Source of the DNA: Cupriavidus necator
GTDB lineage: Bacteria > Pseudomonadota > Gammaproteobacteria > Burkholderiales > Burkholderiaceae
DNA: 32,000 nt
Assembly: GCF_016127575.1 (NCBI RefSeq)
Contig: NZ_CP066018.1
Span: 420,001-452,000, forward strand
Direction of reading: 5' to 3'
Positions 26,066 through 32,000 of the stretch are shown piece by piece. The number at the start of each line of letters is the position of its first letter. Position 1 is the first letter of the stretch. Below the pieces are notes generated by a model. That model saw nothing but the letters and a program-made list of their open reading frames with translations. It was not told the origin of the DNA and made no database searches. The position numbers were made by a program, and so were the translations under genes.

Positions 26066-26359
26066 TTAGTTGTTCTTGCCCGTGTCGTTGCCGACGTTGT
26101 AGTTGTTCAGCCCCTTGCCCTGGTTGGCCTTGGAGCTGGCATCGTCCGCGGCGCTGCCGGCTTGCTTGATGGCCTGCTTGGATGCCGAGTTCTTGCCGGC
26201 CATTTCCTGGGCGAGGCCCGCGGTCTGGTTGCGGATGGTCTGGCCGAACATGGCATAGACGCCGATCGCGGACACGGCGATCAGTGCCACGATGATGATG
26301 TATTCGGTCATGCCCTGACCTTGCTGACGCGCCTTGCGGCGCAGATTTGCGAATGTCAT
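26066..26359 (-). CDS. flp: Flp-family type IVb pilin with extended hydrophilic C-terminus
   Basis: Track ORF 26066..26401 trimmed to ATG 26359 (GGAAGGAG SD 5 nt upstream). MTFANLRRKARQQG/QGMTEYIIIVALIAVSAIGVYAMFG is a G/XXXXEY motif plus a TM helix. 97 aa. Confidence 0.85.
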   Translation of the reverse strand: MTFANLRRKARQQGQGMTEYIIIVALIAVSAIGVYAMFGQTIRNQTAGLAQEMAGKNSASKQAIKQAGSAADDASSKANQGKGLNNYNVGNDTGKNN

Positions 26360-26790
26360 AACGACTCCTTCCATGGGAATGCACAGAAACGGTTGCGCCA
26401 TATGAAAGGCGCCTCATATGGAAGCCATATGTAAAGGAAAACACTGATGCGAACGGTTATCCGGCAGCAGCGGCGTGCATGCTATCAAAAGGTTCCTTAG
26501 GGCCGAAGAGGAATAATTTCAATATTTTTAATAGCGTTGAAATAACCCTACCAGGGACTCCCCCGAATGTAACAAAAAGTAATCCTTCACAATGGGCGGA
26601 GGTTATACGAACTATTCTCGGAACCGGCACATTGCCAGCAATGGGGTGCTGTTGAGCGTTGATTTACGGATGACAAGCCGCGCCACGGGCGGCAGGCCGC
26701 ATGCGGCCTGCCTGCTGGACTTCAAGGCGAACCGGGGCAGTCATACCGCCCCTGCCAGCTGCCCGCGGCATAAAATAAAGAAGCAAAAAA
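26360..26790. promoter_or_regulatory. AT-rich divergent control region between flp and the ArsR-family gene
   Basis: G+C drops locally (for example aggaataatttcaatatttttaatagcgttgaaataac). It contains three CATATG hexamers (26399-26404, 26415-26420, 26426-26431) and an ATTTCAA..TTGAAAT inverted repeat (about 26514-26543). Confidence 0.5.
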
Positions 26791-27087
26791 ATGGCAGAAC
26801 TGGATATAAAGAATGCAGTGGAAATACTGGGGGCGTTAGCACAGGAAAATCGGCTCAGGATATTTTTACTGCTCGCCGATTCCGGACCGGAAGGAATACC
26901 GGCAGGTATTATCTCCGCATCTTCCGATTTAACTCCCTCTTCCGTAACATTCCATTTGAAGGAATTGGTCAGGACGGGGTTGGTTAAAAGCCGCCAGCAA
27001 GGGCGGTTCATGATTTACTCCGCCACCACCGACGGCATTTCCTCAGTCCTCGCATTTCTTGGCGGGAAATGCGCTTCCCTGCAGTAG
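26791..27087 (+). CDS. ArsR/SmtB-family winged-helix transcriptional regulator
   Basis: 98 aa. LGALAQENRLRIFLLL...SSVTFHLKELVRTGLVKSRQQGRFMIY is the ArsR HTH_5 pattern. G+C is lower than in neighbouring genes. There is no CXC alpha-3 motif and no His/Asp alpha-5 metal motif. Confidence 0.85.
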   Translation: MAELDIKNAVEILGALAQENRLRIFLLLADSGPEGIPAGIISASSDLTPSSVTFHLKELVRTGLVKSRQQGRFMIYSATTDGISSVLAFLGGKCASLQ

Positions 27088-27098
27088 AGGGCACTGTT

Positions 27099-27121
27099 CC
27101 GGCGGCGCGCCGCGCCGCCGG
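27099..27121 (+). other. GC-only palindrome just after the ArsR-family stop (possible terminator stem)
   Basis: CCGGCGGCGCG-c-CGCGCCGCCGG. No T-run follows. Confidence 0.35.
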
Positions 27122-27601
27122 ACGTCCCGCCGCGCGGGCCTGCGCCGCCAGCCCGGCACCTCATCCCGACAATCCCGTCTGCCAAATTTGCGTATTTCGA
27201 ATTCATGACACAAATCGTGTCAATTATGTTGTTTCAGGATCATTGCCGATTTCGGAATTCAGCCTTGATCCAGATGCGACACGCCGCCGCTGGTGGCCAA
27301 GGCAGGCGGTTTCTGACCATTTGCCGCGCTTTCGCCGGAGCCGAGCGGCAGACGCCCGGAGAAACGCAGGCATCCCGTGACGGTAACAATGCAGCATTTT
27401 TAATACTTTTACCATTTATCCGACAGCAGCTCGCAAGCTCGATCGAGCCCGCCGAGAGTCCGTGCCGGCGATGCGAAAGCGCCAACCACACCGCGCCCCG
27501 CACCGGTGAGGCCAGCGTCACTCGGGGACCAAGCGGGACTTTTCGGTAAACTGTCGGCATTCCGGGACGCGCCGCGTCCCGCAGCCTGCGCAGTCCCCCT
27601 C

Positions 27602-28444
27602 ATGTCAAATACCCACGAAATCCGCCCCGGCCAGTCCATCGAACTGCTCAAGGAACTCCATATCCTGACGCGCGACGGCAAGATGAATCAGGACAGCCGG
27701 CGCAAGCTCAAGCAGGTCTACCACCTGTTCCAGTTCATCGAACCGCTGCTGCAGGAGGTCAAGGCCGAGCGCGGCCGCGTCACGCTGGTGGACCACGGCG
27801 CCGGCAAGTCGTACCTGGGCTTTATCCTCTACGACCTGTTCTTCAAGGCGCTGCAGGACGACTCACACATCTTCGGCATCGAAACCCGTGAAGAACTGGT
27901 GAAGACCTCGCAGGCGCTGGCTGCGCGGCTGGGCTTTGCTGGGATGTCGTTCCTGAACCTGTCGGTGGCGGATTCGATCACCTCGCCGCAGCTGCCGCCC
28001 ACCGTCGACGTCGTCACCGCGCTGCATGCGTGCAATACCGCGACCGACGACGCGATCCGCTTTGCGCTGGCCAAGCAGGCCCGCCATATCGTGCTGGTGC
28101 CGTGCTGCCAGGCCGAGGTGGCCAGCGTGCTGCGCAAGCACAAGGGCAAGCTGCTGGCGGGTAATCCGCTGACGGAAATCTGGCGCCACCCGCTGCACAC
28201 GCGCGAGTTCGGCAGCCAGGTGACCAATGTGCTGCGCTGCCTGCAGCTGGAGGCGCATGGCTACCAGGTCAGCGTGACCGAGCTGGTGGGCTGGGAACAC
28301 TCGATGAAAAACGAGCTGATCATCGCGCAGTACAAGGACCTGCCGCGCCGCCGCCCGGCCGAGCGGCTGGAAGAGGTGCTGGAAAGACTGGGGCTGGAAG
28401 AGATGCGCGAGCGCTTCTTCACCGCGCCGGTGTCGGCTGCGTAA
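27602..28444 (+). CDS. SAM-dependent methyltransferase
   Basis: Track ORF 27506..28444 trimmed to ATG 27602 (MSNTHEIRPGQ). Motif I-like LVDHGAGKSYLG and a later VVTALHACNTATDDA. Confidence 0.8.
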   Translation: MSNTHEIRPGQSIELLKELHILTRDGKMNQDSRRKLKQVYHLFQFIEPLLQEVKAERGRVTLVDHGAGKSYLGFILYDLFFKALQDDSHIFGIETREELVKTSQALAARLGFAGMSFLNLSVADSITSPQLPPTVDVVTALHACNTATDDAIRFALAKQARHIVLVPCCQAEVASVLRKHKGKLLAGNPLTEIWRHPLHTREFGSQVTNVLRCLQLEAHGYQVSVTELVGWEHSMKNELIIAQYKDLPRRRPAERLEEVLERLGLEEMRERFFTAPVSAA

Positions 28445-29020
28445 TCAGCCTTTGCCGGGCTCGTCCTCGCCCGCCATCCAGCGCTGCCAGCCCTCGTGGC
28501 CCAGGCGGCGCATGGTGGCCTGGTTGCGCTCGTAGATATCCGCCGCATCCGGGAACGCCGCCGCCGCGCGGGCGATGGAGTCCTCGCGCAGCAGGTGCAG
28601 GATCGGATACGGGGCGCGGTTGGTGTAGTTCTCGATATCGTCCGGCTCGGTCCCGGCAAACTGGTACTGCGGATGGAAGCTGGCGATCTGCAGCGTGCCT
28701 TCCAGCCCGAGGCTGCCGAGCAGGCGCTCGGCAAAATACAGCAGGTCGTTGAAGTCGAGAAAATCGGCCACGGCATCCGGCAGGATCAGCAGCGTGGTGT
28801 CGATCTGGTCGGGGTCGGCGTCTGCCAGCAGGCGCAGTTCGCGCTCCAGGTCGTCCATCACGTCCGGCGCTTCGGTGACGGTGCTGACCGCGTAGCGCAC
28901 CTGCTCCTTCACATACACGCTCTTGGCGAACGGGCACAGGTTGAGCCCGATCACGGCGCGCTCCAGCCAGTGGCGGGTGGCGGCGATGACGGTGTCTGCG
29001 GAGTGAGTGGCGGAGGTCAT
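28445..29020 (-). CDS. DUF1415 domain protein
   Basis: The track ORF 28445..29038 begins at a TTG, and I prefer ATG 29020. The GLNLCPFAKSV motif is typical of DUF1415 as I recall it. Confidence 0.72.
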   Translation of the reverse strand: MTSATHSADTVIAATRHWLERAVIGLNLCPFAKSVYVKEQVRYAVSTVTEAPDVMDDLERELRLLADADPDQIDTTLLILPDAVADFLDFNDLLYFAERLLGSLGLEGTLQIASFHPQYQFAGTEPDDIENYTNRAPYPILHLLREDSIARAAAAFPDAADIYERNQATMRRLGHEGWQRWMAGEDEPGKG

Positions 29021-29110
29021 GATGGCGATGCGCGGCAAAGCGTCATTCTAGCGCTGCCGCAGGCTCTATAATCCGCGGCGGAAACACCCCGCCCCCTGCC
29101 GAGCCTCCTG

Positions 29111-30376
29111 ATGCCCTCTTCCGCCACTTCCTCCCCTTCCCAAGCCAGCGTCGACGTTGCCGTCATCGGCGGCGGTCCGGCCGGCCTGATGGCGGCCGAA
29201 GTGCTGGCGGCGCAAGGTGCCAGCGTGGCCGTCTACGACGCGATGCCGTCGGTCGGGCGCAAGTTTTTGATGGCCGGCAAGGGCGGCATGAACCTGACCC
29301 ACGCGGAGCCGGAGCCGGCCTTCCTCGGCCGCTATGGCGCCCGCACCGCACAGATCGCGCCGATGCTGGCGGGCTTCGGCCCGCAGGCCCTGCGCGACTG
29401 GGTGCACGGGCTTGGCATCGAGACCTTCGTCGGCAGTTCCGGCCGCGTCTTCCCGACCGACATGAAGGCCGCGCCGATGCTGCGCGCGTGGCTGCACCGC
29501 CTGCGCGAGTCCGGCGTGCAGTTCCATATGCGTCACCGCTGGCTGGGCTGGGACGAGGGCGCGCAGCATGCGCTGCGCTTTGCCACGCCGCACGGTGAAA
29601 TGGTCGTGCAGGCACGCGCGGTGGTGCTGGCGCTGGGCGGTGCCAGCTGGGCAAGGCTGGGATCGGATGGTGCGTGGGTGCCGCGGCTGGCCGAGCGCGG
29701 CGTCGAGATTGCGCCGCTGCGGCCTGCCAACTGCGGCTTCGATGTGGCGTGGAGCGAAGCGTTTGCGGCGCGCTTTGCCGGCGAGCCGGTCAAGCCAGTA
29801 GCCATCGCCCTGACCGACCGCGACGGGCAAGCGCACTACCGCCAGGGCGAGTTCGTCATCAGCGCGACCGGCATCGAAGGCAGCCTGGTCTACGCGCTGT
29901 CCGCGCCGATCCGCGACCGCATCGAGGCCGATGGCGGCGCCACCATCCACCTGGACCTGCTGCCGGCGCATAGCGCCGAACATGTCAGCGCGCAGGTAAC
30001 GCATCCGCGCGGCGCGCGCTCGCTGTCGAGCCACCTGCAAAGCCGGCTCGGCCTCACCGGCGTCAAGGCCGGACTGCTGCGCGAATGCCTGTCGAAGGAA
30101 GCGATGCACGATGCCGGCACGCTGGCCGCATCGATCAAGGCGCTGCCGCTGCGGCTGCTGCGCCCGCGGCCCATCGACGAAGTGATCAGCAGCGCCGGTG
30201 GCGTGCGCTTCGAGGCGATGGATGAAGGGTTGATGCTGCGCGCGCTGCCGGGCGTGTTCTGCGCCGGCGAGATGCTGGACTGGGAGGCACCCACCGGCGG
30301 CTACCTGCTGACGGCGTGCTTTGCCAGCGGGCGCACCGCAGCGCTCGGCGCCGCGGCTTACCTGCAGCAGGCTTAG
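29111..30376 (+). CDS. HI0933/BaiN-like flavoprotein (TIGR03862-type)
   Basis: VAVIGGGPAGLMAAE dinucleotide fold, GRKFLMAGKGGMNLTH, and a C-terminal GEMLDWEAPTGGYLL. Confidence 0.85.
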   Translation: MPSSATSSPSQASVDVAVIGGGPAGLMAAEVLAAQGASVAVYDAMPSVGRKFLMAGKGGMNLTHAEPEPAFLGRYGARTAQIAPMLAGFGPQALRDWVHGLGIETFVGSSGRVFPTDMKAAPMLRAWLHRLRESGVQFHMRHRWLGWDEGAQHALRFATPHGEMVVQARAVVLALGGASWARLGSDGAWVPRLAERGVEIAPLRPANCGFDVAWSEAFAARFAGEPVKPVAIALTDRDGQAHYRQGEFVISATGIEGSLVYALSAPIRDRIEADGGATIHLDLLPAHSAEHVSAQVTHPRGARSLSSHLQSRLGLTGVKAGLLRECLSKEAMHDAGTLAASIKALPLRLLRPRPIDEVISSAGGVRFEAMDEGLMLRALPGVFCAGEMLDWEAPTGGYLLTACFASGRTAALGAAAYLQQA

Positions 30377-31998
30377 GCGGCCTTGCCGCCGACGATGCTG
30401 AGCGCCACCGCCTCGGCCACTTCGATGCCGTCGATCGCCGCGGAGTAGATGCCGCCGGCATAACCCGCGCCTTCGCCCGCCGGGTACAGGCCCTTCACAT
30501 TGATGCTCTGGTAGTCATCGTTGTTGCGGCGGATGCGCAGCGGCGACGAGGTGCGCGTCTCCACCCCGGTCAGCACGGCATCATGCAGGGCAAAGCCAGG
30601 CAGCTTCTTGTCGATCTCGGGAATGCCCTCGCGGATCGCCGCGATCACGTAGTCAGGCAGCGACGTGCTCAGGTCGGTCGGCGTCACGCCGGGCTTGTAC
30701 GAGGGCTCGACCGAACCCAGCGACGTCGACGGCCGTCCCGCGATGAAATCGCCCACCAGCTGGCCCGGCGCGCAGTAGTTGCTGCCGCCCAGCTCGAACG
30801 CGCGCTCTTCCCACTTGCGCTGGAATTCGATGCCGGCGAGCGGGCCGCCGGGATAGTCCTCGGGCGTGATGCCGACCACGATGCCGGCATTGGCGTTGCG
30901 CTCGGCGCGCTTGTACTGGCTCATGCCGTTGGTCACCACTCGGCCCGGCTCTGACGCAGCCGCCACCACCGTGCCGCCCGGGCACATGCAGAAGCTGTAC
31001 ACCGACCGCCCGTTGCTGCAGTGATGCACGACCTTGTAATCGGCCGCGCCCAGCAGCTTGTTGCCGGCGAACTTGCCGAAGCGGCTGCGGTTGATCAGCC
31101 CCTGCGGATGCTCGATGCGGAAACCCAGCGAGAACGGCTTGGCCTCCATGAACACGCCGCGCCTGTGCAGCATCTCGAAGGTGTCGCGCGCGCTGTGGCC
31201 GACCGCCATGATGACGTGGTCGGCTTCCAGGTATTCGCCGCTGGACAGCTTCAGGCCGCGCACCTGGCCGTTGTCGATGTCGATATCGTCGACGCGCGTC
31301 TCGAAGCGGATCTCGCCGCCCAGTTCGATGATCTCGGCGCGCATCTTCTCGACCATGCTGACCAGCCGGAAGGTACCGATGTGCGGGCGCGCCTTGTACA
31401 GGATGTCCTCCGGCGCGCCGGCGCGCACGAACTCGTTGAGCACCTTGCGGCCATAGTGCTTGGGGTCCTTGATCTGGCTGTACAGCTTGCCGTCCGAGAA
31501 CGTGCCCGCGCCGCCTTCCCCGAACTGCACGTTCGATTCCGGATTGAGCACGCTTTTGCGCCACAGGCCGAAGGTGTCCCTGGTGCGCTCGCGCACTTCC
31601 TTGCCGCGCTCCAGGATGATCGGGCGGAAGCCCGACTGCGCCAGGATCAGGCCGGCCAGCAGGCCGCACGGGCCCATGCCGATCACCACCGGGCGCGGAT
31701 GCGAGCTGCCCGCCTGCGCGCGCGCGACGAAGTGGTACGCCATGTCGGGCGTCACGCTCCAGTTCGGCTTGCCGGCCATGCGTTTGATTGCCGCGGCCTC
31801 GTCGCCGACCTCGATATCGATGATGTAGGTGAGCTTGATATCCGAGCGCTTGCGCGCATCGTGGGCACGGCGGAACACGGTATAGCCGATCAGGGCGTCT
31901 CCCTTGACGCCGATCTGCGCGGCGCTGGTGCGCACGGCGGCGTCCAGGTCGCTTTCGGTATGGTCGAGCGGGAGTTTGACTTCACTTAGACGTAGCAT
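30373..31998 (-). CDS. FAD-dependent oxidoreductase (COG2509-type)
   Basis: 541 aa. VVIGMGPCGLLAGL dinucleotide fold, FGEGGAGTFSDGKLY, and a C-terminal YPAGEGAGYAGGI. Its 3' end overlaps the convergent neighbour by 4 nt. Confidence 0.85.
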   Translation of the reverse strand: MLRLSEVKLPLDHTESDLDAAVRTSAAQIGVKGDALIGYTVFRRAHDARKRSDIKLTYIIDIEVGDEAAAIKRMAGKPNWSVTPDMAYHFVARAQAGSSHPRPVVIGMGPCGLLAGLILAQSGFRPIILERGKEVRERTRDTFGLWRKSVLNPESNVQFGEGGAGTFSDGKLYSQIKDPKHYGRKVLNEFVRAGAPEDILYKARPHIGTFRLVSMVEKMRAEIIELGGEIRFETRVDDIDIDNGQVRGLKLSSGEYLEADHVIMAVGHSARDTFEMLHRRGVFMEAKPFSLGFRIEHPQGLINRSRFGKFAGNKLLGAADYKVVHHCSNGRSVYSFCMCPGGTVVAAASEPGRVVTNGMSQYKRAERNANAGIVVGITPEDYPGGPLAGIEFQRKWEERAFELGGSNYCAPGQLVGDFIAGRPSTSLGSVEPSYKPGVTPTDLSTSLPDYVIAAIREGIPEIDKKLPGFALHDAVLTGVETRTSSPLRIRRNNDDYQSINVKGLYPAGEGAGYAGGIYSAAIDGIEVAEAVALSIVGGKAA

Positions 31999-32000
31999 GG

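Noticed and set aside
26626-26640. A sigma-54-like element cGGCACattgccaGCa (GG-N10-GC) on the plus strand upstream of the ArsR-family gene.
   Set aside because: Only the -24 half matches well and the -12 TTGC is degenerate. It lies about 150 nt from the ATG, and no enhancer-binding protein is nearby. It is probably chance.
27205-27560. Track ORFs 27205..27549 (+), 27069..27380 (+) and 27240..27560 (-) in the gap after the ArsR-family gene.
   Set aside because: They have no SD, mutually overlapping frames, atypical codon third positions for this genome and featureless translations. I treated the region as non-coding (see the finding).
1-32000. A scan for CRISPR arrays, rRNA, insertion sequences, toxin-antitoxin pairs and known defence-system signatures.
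   Set aside because: I saw no regularly spaced direct repeats, no transposase, integrase or recombinase-like translations, no nuclease/helicase/methylase operon typical of defence islands, and no small two-gene TA-like cassette.

Overview
High-GC (roughly two-thirds G+C by eye) chromosomal window whose proteins look betaproteobacterial, Burkholderiaceae-like (Cupriavidus/Ralstonia type; this is inference). All family assignments come from reading motifs in the translations, with no database search. Coordinates I derived from the printed bases rather than the ORF track may be off by about 1 nt.

The flanks are ordinary core genes. On the left (0.1-9.2 kb): a DUF4136-like lipoprotein, pepN, fbp, tRNA-Thr(CGU), ppk2, a BBE/VAO-type FAD oxidase and a CapA-family protein. 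On the right (27.6-32 kb): a SAM methyltransferase, DUF1415 and two flavoproteins.

The centre (9.26-26.36 kb) is one uninterrupted minus-strand array of 19 genes.

1. **Non-canonical Tad/Flp pilus locus (26359 down to 15401).** Gene order is flp, tadG-like, tadE-like, orphan exported protein, an unlisted 57-aa Flp-like mini-prepilin, cpaB/rcpC, secretin, FHA-fused tadA/cpaF, tadB, tadC, DUF192, tadE-like. No tadZ/cpaE, tadV/cpaA, tadD or rcpB is present in the window. Most junctions are translationally coupled.
2. **Cell-envelope module (15334 down to 11462).** It encodes a helical exported protein, an OmpA-type lipoprotein with a large unknown N-domain, a TGATG-coupled SLT lytic transglycosylase, a Cys-rich lipoprotein and a beta-rich exported protein.
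3. **Distal genes.** A DUF342/FapA-like protein (9674-11287) and an unlisted 51-aa membrane protein (9263-9418).

Upstream of flp lies a locally AT-rich divergent control region with three CATATG boxes. It is shared with an ArsR/SmtB-type regulator that lacks the usual metal-ligand motifs. A 0.5-kb non-coding patch with repeats follows the regulator.

The best candidate for an undescribed system is the FHA-TadA, TadZ-less Tad machine together with its OmpA/SLT/lipoprotein envelope module. I saw no CRISPR array, rRNA, transposase or integrase.
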